Assembly (NCBI GenBank): GCA_964584785.1
Contig: CAZPBY010000001.1
Location: 74,718 to 138,717 of the forward strand
Origin: an uncultured Solibacteraceae bacterium
GTDB taxonomy: Bacteria > Acidobacteriota > Terriglobia > 20CM-2-55-15
DNA: 64,000 nucleotides
Direction of reading: 5' to 3'
Below are positions 37,896-46,737 of the stretch, piece after piece. Position 1 is the first letter of the stretch; the number at the start of each line of letters is the position of its first letter. Position numbers and translations under genes: made by a program. A model generated the notes under the pieces. The model saw only the letters and a program-made list of their open reading frames with translations, searched no databases and was not told the origin of the DNA.

Positions 37896-39085
37896 TCCGG
37901 GTAGGTTACCGCCAAGTAATCGTAAACACTTTGCCAGTCCGGCTTACCTTTCCATTTCATGACGAGACTTGTGGCTTCGTCTTTGTGGTTTGTAGAAACA
38001 AGGACGAACGCCCGAAAAGCGTCTAGATATGGTGGGAGAGATTGAAACATGGGTCCGCCGAATCCCTGCGCCAACCTTAATGCCTCCTGGAATACATCGA
38101 TGTCTCTTAAGTGAGCGGCAAGCGCGACATGTCGAAGGGCGGAGTCTCTCGCGTAAGCGCCTGTTCCGTAACCTTCCGCGCTTTTCAGTTGGTATTCGAT
38201 GGCTTGGACATGGTGCTCGTACGCCTCACGCCATTGTTCTCGGTTCGCGGCAATCGTGCTCAGGCAGTCTTCTTCAACAGAGAACCCATGGTTATTCAGC
38301 GGTAGTCTGTGCTCGACGCGATAACGGATGTTTTGTTCGGCTTCGTCGCTGAGTTTTTGCCGCGCCAGAAGTTGCGCCAGGTTCAATCTATGGTTCACGT
38401 CATTCGGCGCCATCGCGACGAGTTTGCGACGCACGGGTATCGCCGGCCACGGCCGTCCATAGTGTTGAAGCCTGAAGGCGGTCGCCGAGAGTTCCACCGT
38501 TGTGGATATGGTTTCGACTAACTCCCGAGTGAGCTTGTCCTGTTCGCTGCCGGGAACAGGAACATCATTTGGCAGAAGCAGAAGTTTCGCGATGAGCGAG
38601 TTCCTCTGCGTCAAGAGATGGGCAGCTTCAGCCTGTTGAGCCAGCGTGCCGGCCGTGTCCATGTCCCCAGCTTCGATGCGCAGCAGTATTTGCGACATCG
38701 AATACGACCATTCTTCACCGGTTATTCCCACCGCCGGAGGCATAACAATTTCTGAAGAAGTGATGTACTTCCCTTCCCGCCAGAAGGTGAATTTCACGAG
38801 AGAACCGCGGAGCCGATCCCGAATTGACACAAACTGGGTAGTACTGCTGACAGGTTCGTCGTTGATCTTGAGAATCAGATCTCCTTCGAGTAGTCCCGCT
38901 TCGTCGGCAGCGCCGCCCTTAGTCATCGAGGCGACGAGTACTCCAGACTCAATTCGAGTGGCTCGCAGTTTTTCACGAATGGGCTCAAGCATCTTCTCAA
39001 TCGGGTCGTCTTGGCTGAACCCGTTTGTCGTCTGCAAGACGACAAAGAAAAGAACGCCACGTAGAACACGCATCGTGCGTTGCAT
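37859..39085 (-). CDS. secreted PDZ-domain protein with ~300-aa C-terminal domain of unknown function (paralogue A)
   Basis: Signal peptide, PDZ (GVLVASMTKGGAADEAGLLEGDLILKINDEPV), conserved C-terminal domain ending CAKNWKTLADR. Its ATG at 39085 overlaps the upstream stop as TGATG. Confidence 0.7.
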   Translation of the reverse strand: MQRTMRVLRGVLFFVVLQTTNGFSQDDPIEKMLEPIREKLRATRIESGVLVASMTKGGAADEAGLLEGDLILKINDEPVSSTTQFVSIRDRLRGSLVKFTFWREGKYITSSEIVMPPAVGITGEEWSYSMSQILLRIEAGDMDTAGTLAQQAEAAHLLTQRNSLIAKLLLLPNDVPVPGSEQDKLTRELVETISTTVELSATAFRLQHYGRPWPAIPVRRKLVAMAPNDVNHRLNLAQLLARQKLSDEAEQNIRYRVEHRLPLNNHGFSVEEDCLSTIAANREQWREAYEHHVQAIEYQLKSAEGYGTGAYARDSALRHVALAAHLRDIDVFQEALRLAQGFGGPMFQSLPPYLDAFRAFVLVSTNHKDEATSLVMKWKGKPDWQSVYDYLAVTYPDCAKNWKTLADR

Positions 39086-40290
39086 CAGCGTTCGGCCAGG
39101 GTTTTCCAGGATTGTGCACACTGCGGAAAGGCGCCTGCCCAGTAGTCGTACACCCTTTTCCATTCCGGCTTATCCTTCCAACGATTGACGAGTTCACGCG
39201 CGTCATCCTTATGGTTCGCCGCGACAAGCACGTAAGCCTCAAGAGCATCGACAAATGCTGTCCATTCCGCAAAGCCTTTTCCGCCGAAACTGAGGGCGAA
39301 ACTTCTTGCCTGTCGGAATACATCGATATCCCTCAGATGTGCGGCGATGTTGAGGTGCCGAAGGGCTGAGTTCCGGGCTTGCGCTTCCGTATCAAAATCC
39401 GATTCGTACTTCAGGGATCGCAGATTGTGGTCGTAGGCACCTTGCCAGTCTTCGCGGTTTCCGGCGACAACCCCTAAAACTCTTTCGGCAACATGAAACC
39501 CGTGCGCGCTCAGTCCGGGTCGGGTGCGGTCCAGAATGTAGTGAACGTTCTTCTCCGCCTCATCGTTCTGCTCGAGATCGGCAAGCAACGATGCGAAATT
39601 CAGGCGCTTGCTGACGTCTTCCGGCGCGGACGCGACAATCTTCCGATGTAATGGGATTGCGGGCCACGGACGTCCATGGGTCTGCAATAAGGAAGCCGGC
39701 GCGATGCTCTCATTCGGCGTAAGCATGTTCGTCAATTCGCGCGTCAGCTTATCCTGATCGCTTCCAGGCCCGGGCGCCTCTCCAGGCAAGACCAGCAATT
39801 TGACGATCAGCAAGTCTTTCGGGCTGAGTGAATGGTTTTCCTCCGCTTGCTGGACAAGCGTGCCGACCGTATCCACATCACCAGCATCCAGACGAAAGAG
39901 GATTTGCGCCATTAGATAGGACCAGTCCGATCCACTAATGTTCACGGCAGCCGGAAGTACAATCGGTGTCGTTGTGATGTACTGTCCATCCCGCCAGACT
40001 GTAAATGTCGACACAGTTCCACGGTATTTATCTCGAAGGTTCGCGAATGATCCGGCGTCGCTGACGGTGTCACCATTCAACTTCACAATGAGATCTCCCA
40101 GCTTCAATCCCGCACGATCTCCCGCTCCGTCCCTGGCGATGCTCGTCACAATCAACCCGGAATCGACTTTTGCCGCCCTCAGCTTCTCAGCCACCGACGC
40201 CACTATCTTATCGGCGGGCGTCTGTTGAGCATCTATGGCAGTGCTCTGGAAGAATGCGATCAGACAGATCAAAACGGCGCGATGTGACAT
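39085..40290 (-). CDS. secreted PDZ-domain protein (paralogue B, tandem duplicate)
   Basis: MSHRAVLICLIAFFQSTAIDAQQ signal. PDZ (GLIVTSIARDGAGDRAGLKLGDLIVKLNGDTV). Same C-terminal domain, ending CAQSWKTLAER. Confidence 0.7.
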   Translation of the reverse strand: MSHRAVLICLIAFFQSTAIDAQQTPADKIVASVAEKLRAAKVDSGLIVTSIARDGAGDRAGLKLGDLIVKLNGDTVSDAGSFANLRDKYRGTVSTFTVWRDGQYITTTPIVLPAAVNISGSDWSYLMAQILFRLDAGDVDTVGTLVQQAEENHSLSPKDLLIVKLLVLPGEAPGPGSDQDKLTRELTNMLTPNESIAPASLLQTHGRPWPAIPLHRKIVASAPEDVSKRLNFASLLADLEQNDEAEKNVHYILDRTRPGLSAHGFHVAERVLGVVAGNREDWQGAYDHNLRSLKYESDFDTEAQARNSALRHLNIAAHLRDIDVFRQARSFALSFGGKGFAEWTAFVDALEAYVLVAANHKDDARELVNRWKDKPEWKRVYDYWAGAFPQCAQSWKTLAER

Positions 40291-40620
40291 ACCATCAGGA
40301 GGATATCCCGGCAAACGGGATGTAACAAACAAAACACTGGCGTCTGGAAATGGCCTTCAGTCTTCCCCGTCAATACGAACAGAAATGCAAAGCGACATCG
40401 GTTCAGAGCACCTGGCGGACAAAAGTGTCGCAGGCCGCCGGCACAGGTAGGGATAGTCGACAGATTTCGGGGCGCGCGGTAGAATTCGCCGTCCTGCATG
40501 TCCCGCGACGACAACGTGAGCGCCGGCTTCGATGCTGCTCATGATCTTCGGGCGAGCTTTAGAGGCGTCGCCGCGCGTTGCGGAACCGGCGCACCAACGG
40601 TTGGGAGGATTTGAGTTCCC

Positions 40621-40710
40621 GATGAGCGGAGCGAATGCAAGCCCGACAGGGCGCAGCTATTAAACGATGAGCGGAGCGAATGCAAGCCCGACAGGGCGCA
40701 GCTATTAAAT
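40621..40710 (+). repeat. two tandem copies of a 45-nt element carrying a 13-codon ORF ([13 protein letters not shown]), abutting the MFS start codon
   Basis: GATGAGCGGAGCGAATGCAAGCCCGACAGGGCGCAGCTATTAAAC, then the same ending ...AAAT. Each copy contains ATG...TAA. The second TAA is 3 nt before the MFS ATG (40712). A third copy lies at 50635. Confidence 0.7.
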
Positions 40711-40711
40711 A

Positions 40712-42154
40712 ATGTCACGGATTGCTGCAAGATTGGAGAGGCTGCCATTCTCGGTGTTTCATCGCCGCCTGCTGCTGATGGGCGGTCTTGGTTACTGCTT
40801 TGACGCCATGGACGCCGCGGTCATCGCCTTCGTGTTACCGGCGTTAATGACTCAGTGGTCGTTGACGAGCGTGCAAGCAGGCGTTCTCTCGAGCGCCACC
40901 TTCATCGGGTACTTCTTTGGGGCATTGGGGGCAGGCACGGCCGGCGATCTGATCGGCCGGCGCAGGATCATGATGTGGGCTCTGGTGATCTACTGCGTGG
41001 CCTCCTTCATCAGTGCCTTCGTTACATCGGCCACTCCGTTTTTCTGGCTGCGCGTCCTTGCGGGCGTCGGCACAGGCGCGGAAAGCGTCATCGTCGCTCC
41101 GTTTCTTTCGGAGTTCGTGCCGAAAACCTACCGCGGTCGATTCATTGGCGCCTTGGCGGGTTTCTTTTCATTCGGATTTTTCGGTGCCGCCGTCCTCGGC
41201 TACGCGCTGGTGCCGGCCACACTGTGGGGATGGCGGCTTGCGATCGTCATTACCGCACTCCCGATCCTGTTGCTCCTGTGGTGGCGAAGGGCGTTGCCGG
41301 AGTCGCCGCGCTGGCTCGAGAGCCGCGGCCGAATATCCGCGGCCGAAGCCGTTATGACGCGCATCGAAGAGGAAATTCTCCAGACACGCCGGCAACCGCT
41401 GACGCAGCCGGAACCCGTGCCGGCTTTCGATTTCAATCAGCAAGGCGGGTCGCAGGGCGGATCGGTCTGGACCAATATCGCAACCCTCGTTTCTCCTCCG
41501 CTGACGCGTATCGCCGTAATGACGTGGGCGCTGTGGCTGTCGATCACGTTTTCCTATTACAGCTTCTTTACCTGGATACCGACTCTGCTGGTTCAAAGCG
41601 GCATGACCATGACGCGCAGTTTCGCCTATTCGATCTCGATTTATGCCGCGATGATTCCCGGCTACTACTCTGCAGCTTTTTTCAACGACCGCATCGGCCG
41701 TCGGGCGATCATTGTGTCGTACCTGCTCCTGGGTGGTGTGGCGGCGATAGGGCTTGCCATGGCCCACTCCAACCCGCAGATTATTCTTGCCGGCGTGTGT
41801 TTATCTTTCTTTATGAACGGGGTCTACGCAGGCGTGTATGCCTACACTGCCGAGGTCTTTCCGACGCGGATCCGAACGACGGGAGTCGGTCTGGCGTCAG
41901 CGGTGGGCCGACTGGGCGCCATCAGTGCTCCGATTCTCGTCGGAGCGATCTTCCCCAGATTCGGTTTCGCAGGTGTGTTCGGTGTGACGACATTCGTTTT
42001 GATCGCCGGAGCGGTGGTGGTTTTTGTGTTCGGGATACGCACGGAGGGGCGTTCCCTGGAGGCCATTGCTGCCGGGGCACAACTGACACGGAAGAGGAAT
42101 TCGAAATTGAACGAGTCCTGCATCTCAAATCCGAAATCCGAAATTTCAAAATGA
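40712..42154 (+). CDS. MFS transporter (metabolite:H+ symporter type)
   Basis: 480 aa with 12 predicted TM segments. MFS motifs (GDLIGRRRIM, ...FNDRIGRR). Confidence 0.85.
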   Translation: MSRIAARLERLPFSVFHRRLLLMGGLGYCFDAMDAAVIAFVLPALMTQWSLTSVQAGVLSSATFIGYFFGALGAGTAGDLIGRRRIMMWALVIYCVASFISAFVTSATPFFWLRVLAGVGTGAESVIVAPFLSEFVPKTYRGRFIGALAGFFSFGFFGAAVLGYALVPATLWGWRLAIVITALPILLLLWWRRALPESPRWLESRGRISAAEAVMTRIEEEILQTRRQPLTQPEPVPAFDFNQQGGSQGGSVWTNIATLVSPPLTRIAVMTWALWLSITFSYYSFFTWIPTLLVQSGMTMTRSFAYSISIYAAMIPGYYSAAFFNDRIGRRAIIVSYLLLGGVAAIGLAMAHSNPQIILAGVCLSFFMNGVYAGVYAYTAEVFPTRIRTTGVGLASAVGRLGAISAPILVGAIFPRFGFAGVFGVTTFVLIAGAVVVFVFGIRTEGRSLEAIAAGAQLTRKRNSKLNESCISNPKSEISK

Positions 42155-42238
42155 ACCTCGACACCCCGCGTCCCGGCGTTCAATTTTGAGATTTCGGTTT
42201 TCGGATTTGAGATGCAGGACGGGTGCAATTTCAAAATT
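42097..42238. repeat. ~140-bp foldback (two ~60-bp imperfect inverted arms) spanning the MFS stop codon
   Basis: Left arm gaattcgaaattgaacgagtcctgcatctcaaatccgaaatccgaaatttcaaaatgaac. The reverse complement of the right arm matches it at ~88%. A ~21-nt spacer separates the arms. The MFS stop (42152..42154) and its last ~19 codons lie in the left arm. Confidence 0.5.
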
Positions 42239-42280
42239 CCTTTGCCTCGGTCAAGTATGTTGCAGCCGTGAGGTAAATCC

Positions 42281-43525
42281 ATGCAGCAGGAAAGCTACCT
42301 GTTTCGAAACCTGATGCTCCTCGACCCGCGCTTCGAGGAATCCCGCGGCGGGTACGAAGTGCTGGTCGAGGATGGTCATTTCAAGGAAGTCTCAGACCGG
42401 CCGGTTTCTTCGAAGACAGCGCGAGTCATCGATTGCGGCGGACGAACACTGATGCCGGGCCTCATCGACTGCCACGTGCATGTCTACTTGAGCGAGGTCA
42501 ATCTCTCGATGCTGGAGCACTTGTCGGTATCGCTGCTCGCGGCGCGTGCGGCACCGGTTTTGGCAGGGATGCTCAATCGGGGGTTTACAACGGTTCGCGA
42601 TACCGGCGGCGCCGATTGGGGAATCCGGGAAGCCGTCGAAAAAGGGTACTTCGCAGGGCCGCGAATGTTCATCTGCGGGCGCGCCATCGGTCCGACGGGC
42701 GGCCATTCCGACATGCGCCGACGAACCGACCAACGCCACGACGGCTGCCGGTGTTGCGATGGCCTGAAGTTTACGATGGCCACGGCCGACGGTGCGGATC
42801 AGGTGCGCGCGACAGTTCGCGAGGAACTGCGGCAGGGCGCGGATGCCATCAAGATCATGGTCTCCGGCGGTGTGGCCTCGCCTTACGATCCGCTCGATTC
42901 GCGTCAATTCTCACTGCCGGAAATTGCCGCGGCCGTCGAAGAGGCCACCGCATTCAAACGGTATGTTCTCGCGCACGCGTACACGGCGGAGGCCATCACC
43001 CGGGCCGTCAGTCAGGGCGTCCGAACGATCGAGCATGGCAACTTGATCGATGCGACCTCCGCTCAGTTGCTCGCCGAACGCAAGGGCTACATGGTCGCCA
43101 ACCTTGTGGCCTACGTCGTCATGAAGGAGCGCGCCGCACAGCTCGGCATGAGCGCTGAAAAGCTCGAAAAGAACGACCTGGTTATCAAAGGCGGATTCGA
43201 ATCTCTCGAGATCTGCAGGCGGGCAGGCGTGAAGGTGGCGTATGGCAGCGACCTGCTCGGGCAATTACAGGATGAGCAATCGCGCGAATTCGTGCTGCGC
43301 CGTGAGGTCGTGAGTCCCATCGAGATCATCCGCTCGGCGACATCGATCGGTGCCGAGGTGGTACGGATGCAGGGCAAGCTCGGCATCATCGACCCCGGTG
43401 CGATTGCGGATCTGCTCATCGTGGACGGCGATCCGCTGAAGAACTTGAGCCTGCTCCAGGACCAGGGCCAGCACCTCTCGCTCATCATGAAAGACGGGCG
43501 CCTTCATAAAAATCGGCTAACGTGA
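42281..43525 (+). CDS. metal-dependent amidohydrolase family protein
   Basis: LMPGLIDCHVHVY metal-binding HxH motif. Later metal ligands (H, H, D). 414 aa. Confidence 0.8.
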   Translation: MQQESYLFRNLMLLDPRFEESRGGYEVLVEDGHFKEVSDRPVSSKTARVIDCGGRTLMPGLIDCHVHVYLSEVNLSMLEHLSVSLLAARAAPVLAGMLNRGFTTVRDTGGADWGIREAVEKGYFAGPRMFICGRAIGPTGGHSDMRRRTDQRHDGCRCCDGLKFTMATADGADQVRATVREELRQGADAIKIMVSGGVASPYDPLDSRQFSLPEIAAAVEEATAFKRYVLAHAYTAEAITRAVSQGVRTIEHGNLIDATSAQLLAERKGYMVANLVAYVVMKERAAQLGMSAEKLEKNDLVIKGGFESLEICRRAGVKVAYGSDLLGQLQDEQSREFVLRREVVSPIEIIRSATSIGAEVVRMQGKLGIIDPGAIADLLIVDGDPLKNLSLLQDQGQHLSLIMKDGRLHKNRLT

Positions 43526-43562
43526 AGTTAGTTGATCGGATATTCCATGGTAAATTATAGCT

Positions 43563-43796
43563 ATGAAGACTATACAGATTACTGTGGACGAAGAGTTGTT
43601 GAAAAAGGTCGACGCACACGAAGAAACGCAGCGTGACGGAAGATCTGCGGTCTTTCGGCGTGCAGTCAGCGAATACCTTCGACAAAGCAAACGGGATGCG
43701 ATCGCCAGCAGTTATCGTAGAGGCTATTCGAGGAAAGCCGGCCTCGGTCCGGAATTCGAAAACTGGGAGAAGGAGAGTTCATGGCCGAACGATTGA
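43563..43796 (+). CDS. ribbon-helix-helix (CopG/MazE-like) antitoxin
   Basis: KTIQITVDEELLKKVD beta-strand plus helices. It overlaps the toxin gene by 16 nt. Confidence 0.65.
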   Translation: MKTIQITVDEELLKKVDAHEETQRDGRSAVFRRAVSEYLRQSKRDAIASSYRRGYSRKAGLGPEFENWEKESSWPND

Positions 43797-44110
43797 TGCG
43801 CGGCCAAATCTGGCAATACCAGTTTTCGCGTCCAGACAAAAGGCGGCCCGTTGTAATTCTGACCCGACCGGAGGTCATCGATCTGTTGCACACGGTTATG
43901 GTCGCGCCGGTCACTTCCACAATTCATGGCATCCCCAGCGAGGTGCTGGTTGGGGTCGACGAGGGTTTGAAAGCAGATTCCGCGATAAATCTGGACCACG
44001 TCCAGACTGTTGAGAAATCCAGGCTGCATCGCTTGATCGGCTCGGTCGCCCCCCAAAAGATGAAAGCGGTTTGCCGTGCGCTTGCCGTCGCGACCGGCTG
44101 TGGCGACTGA
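43781..44110 (+). CDS. mazF: MazF/PemK-family endoribonuclease toxin
   Basis: GQIWQYQFSRPDKRRPVVILTRPEV...VMVAPVTSTIHGIPSEVLV...DSAINLDHVQTVEKSRL is the characteristic PemK/MazF signature. Confidence 0.8.
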   Translation: MAERLMRGQIWQYQFSRPDKRRPVVILTRPEVIDLLHTVMVAPVTSTIHGIPSEVLVGVDEGLKADSAINLDHVQTVEKSRLHRLIGSVAPQKMKAVCRALAVATGCGD

Positions 44111-44237
44111 ACATTTCCCGCCTGGGCACTCGACGATTGTCGCGACGAGGTTCGGTCCGTGAAGTTGGGCGCCACGGGAAAAAGGGCGCCACCAGCCTCA
44201 ACGGTGGAATGACAAACCGCGATGTATACTTGGCGGC

Positions 44238-46733
44238 ATGTCTACATCCAGACGAACATTTCTGCGACTCTCGGCGTCCACGCTCGCTGCCACGACGCTC
44301 CGTCCGTATATGTCCGAAGGCGGTACAGCAGGTCAGCTGACGGCGGTAAGCGCCCTCGAACAGAACCTGCTCAAGGCGCATCCGGTCCCGCTATCGAAAG
44401 TCCGCGTGCTTGGCGGTCCGCTAAAACTTGCGCAGGATGCGGACGCGAAATATCTGCTCGAACTCGAACCCGACCGGATGATGGCCTTCTACCGCGTGCG
44501 CGCCGGACTTCCGCAAAAGGCGCAGGCTTACGGCGGTTGGGATGCCGGCGGCCGCAACCTGACAGGTCATATCGCAGGACATCACCTGTCGGCCGTAAGC
44601 CTGATGTATCTCGCCACAGGCGATGCGCGCTTCAAATCACGTGCCGATTATCTTGTCGCCGAACTCCAGGAAGTGCAGGACAAGAACGGCGATGGATATT
44701 TGAGCGCGCTCGAAGGCGGACGCGAAATGTGGGCCTCAGTATCGAAAGGTGAAATTCGCTCGAGCGGCTTTGACCTCAACGGTCTTTGGTCACCGTGGTA
44801 CACGCTGCACAAAACTTTTGCCGGACTCCGCGATGCTTACCGGCATGCCGGCAATCGCACGGCGCTTGATCTCGAAGTCAAATATGCAGACTGGGCTGCC
44901 GGCGTGCTTGCGCCGATGAGCGACGTTCAGATTCAACGCATGCTCAATACCGAGCACGGTGGGATGAACGAAGTGCTTGCCGATCTCTACGCCGACACCG
45001 GAAATCGGCGCTGGCTCGATCTTTCGTACAAGTTCGAACACCGCGCCTTCACCGATGCGCTGAAGCGCCATCAAGACAATCTCAACGGCAAGCATGGAAA
45101 TTGTCAGATCCCGAAACTCATCGGATCGGCCGTTCGTTACGGCTATACAGCCGACGCCGGCGATATCGAAGCCGCATCCTTCTTCTGGGATCGCGTCACG
45201 CAGCACCACACTTATGCCAGCGGTGGGCACGGCCTGGCGGAATACTTCGGACCGGCGGATCAACTCAGTCCGCGCGTCGATGGACGCACCTGCGAGACGT
45301 GCAACGTGTACAACATGCTCAAGCTCACGCGCCGGCTTTTTTCGATTCGACCGGACGCGTTTTACGCCGATTTTCACGAGCGGGCTCTCTTTAATCACAT
45401 TCTCGCGTCGCTCGATCCGCAGACCGGCCGGTCATCATATATGGTGCCCGTCGGACGCGGCGTCCAACAGGAATACCAGAACATGCTGCAGAGCTTTACG
45501 TGCTGCGTCGGAACCGGTATGGAGAGCCATGCGCTGCACGGCTACGGAATCTATTACGAGTCGGCCGACACAGCGAGTCCGATGCTCTGGGTAAATCTCT
45601 TCGTGCCATCGACAGCCGAGTTTGCGGCGGGTGTGAATCTCAGGATGGACACCGGTTTTCCCGATGAAGACAACGCGACGATCTCGCTGACGATGGCGGC
45701 GCCAAAGAAATTCACACTGGCGATCCGGCGGCCGAGTTGGGCCGGTGATGGATTCAGGGTGAAACTGAATGGCGCCGCGGTTGAGGTTCCGCCATTGGCG
45801 AGTCTGCGTGCAGGAAGCGCCGGCGGCCGCAACGTCGGTACGGATGAAAGGGTGCTGCAGCCGAGCTCGTACGTCGAGATCGATCGCACCTGGAACTCGG
45901 GCGATAAGATTGAGCTTCAACTGCCAAAGTCGCTGCGACTGGAAGCCACAGCCGACAATCGCCGCGTTGCCGCAGTCATGTGGGGCCCGCTGGTACTTGT
46001 GGGCGATTTGGGTCCGCGACGCGAGGGTCCCGGCACCGCTGCCGTAGCGCCGGTTCCGGTACTTGTTGCCGCCGAACGCCCGCCGGCCGAGTGGATCGTT
46101 CCTTCACAAGCGCGACCGGGTGACTTTCTCGCAAGCAACGTCGCGCGAGTTCCGGCTCAACCGGCTCCGCCCGGCGATGTGACGCTCACACCGTTCTATC
46201 GAACGCATGGCCGTACTTACAGCTTGTACTTCGATGTGATCTCGCCTGAGGAATTCGACGTCCGGGCCACTGAAGTCGTTGCGGAGCGCGAACGGCTCCG
46301 TCGCCTGGATGCTGCGACAATCGCCCTCGTGCAACTCGGCGACGCGCAGAGCGAACAACATTTCAACTATCAGAGCGATCCCGCAAATCGTCCCGCACCG
46401 CGTACCAACGGCCGCGCGAACCGCAGCGGCACGGGATGGTTTTCTTTGGACCTTCCGGTTGACGGCAACAAAGAGATGGCCGTCGTTGTGACCTATTTGA
46501 ATGAACTGGGACTCGAGCCCGCGGCCGGCAACTTCCAGATCCTGGTCGACGGCACAGAGATCGCACGGTTCCAATCCAATCCCATGTCGACCGGCTTCTA
46601 TGATGCACAGTACGCCATTCCTTCAAATCTGCTCAGCGGCAAAACTAAAGTGACGGTCCGCTTTCAAGCGCTGGCCAACGGCAGGATCGCTCCGGTGTTC
46701 GGAGTGCGCATGATCCGCGCGAAGGAGGCATGA
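44238..46733 (+). CDS. glycoside hydrolase family 127 (DUF1680; beta-L-arabinofuranosidase-like), Tat signal
   Basis: SRRTFLRLSASTLAATT twin-arginine signal. Conserved Cys-rich blocks CETCN and CCVGTG, typical of GH127. Confidence 0.8.
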   Translation: MSTSRRTFLRLSASTLAATTLRPYMSEGGTAGQLTAVSALEQNLLKAHPVPLSKVRVLGGPLKLAQDADAKYLLELEPDRMMAFYRVRAGLPQKAQAYGGWDAGGRNLTGHIAGHHLSAVSLMYLATGDARFKSRADYLVAELQEVQDKNGDGYLSALEGGREMWASVSKGEIRSSGFDLNGLWSPWYTLHKTFAGLRDAYRHAGNRTALDLEVKYADWAAGVLAPMSDVQIQRMLNTEHGGMNEVLADLYADTGNRRWLDLSYKFEHRAFTDALKRHQDNLNGKHGNCQIPKLIGSAVRYGYTADAGDIEAASFFWDRVTQHHTYASGGHGLAEYFGPADQLSPRVDGRTCETCNVYNMLKLTRRLFSIRPDAFYADFHERALFNHILASLDPQTGRSSYMVPVGRGVQQEYQNMLQSFTCCVGTGMESHALHGYGIYYESADTASPMLWVNLFVPSTAEFAAGVNLRMDTGFPDEDNATISLTMAAPKKFTLAIRRPSWAGDGFRVKLNGAAVEVPPLASLRAGSAGGRNVGTDERVLQPSSYVEIDRTWNSGDKIELQLPKSLRLEATADNRRVAAVMWGPLVLVGDLGPRREGPGTAAVAPVPVLVAAERPPAEWIVPSQARPGDFLASNVARVPAQPAPPGDVTLTPFYRTHGRTYSLYFDVISPEEFDVRATEVVAERERLRRLDAATIALVQLGDAQSEQHFNYQSDPANRPAPRTNGRANRSGTGWFSLDLPVDGNKEMAVVVTYLNELGLEPAAGNFQILVDGTEIARFQSNPMSTGFYDAQYAIPSNLLSGKTKVTVRFQALANGRIAPVFGVRMIRAKEA

Positions 46734-46737
46734 AACG

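Noticed and set aside
40855-42189. 444-aa plus-strand ORF overlapping the MFS transporter in another frame
   Set aside because: Arg/Gly-rich with no membrane helices or motifs. The MFS frame has coherent transmembrane segments and family motifs, so the overlapping frame is an artefact.
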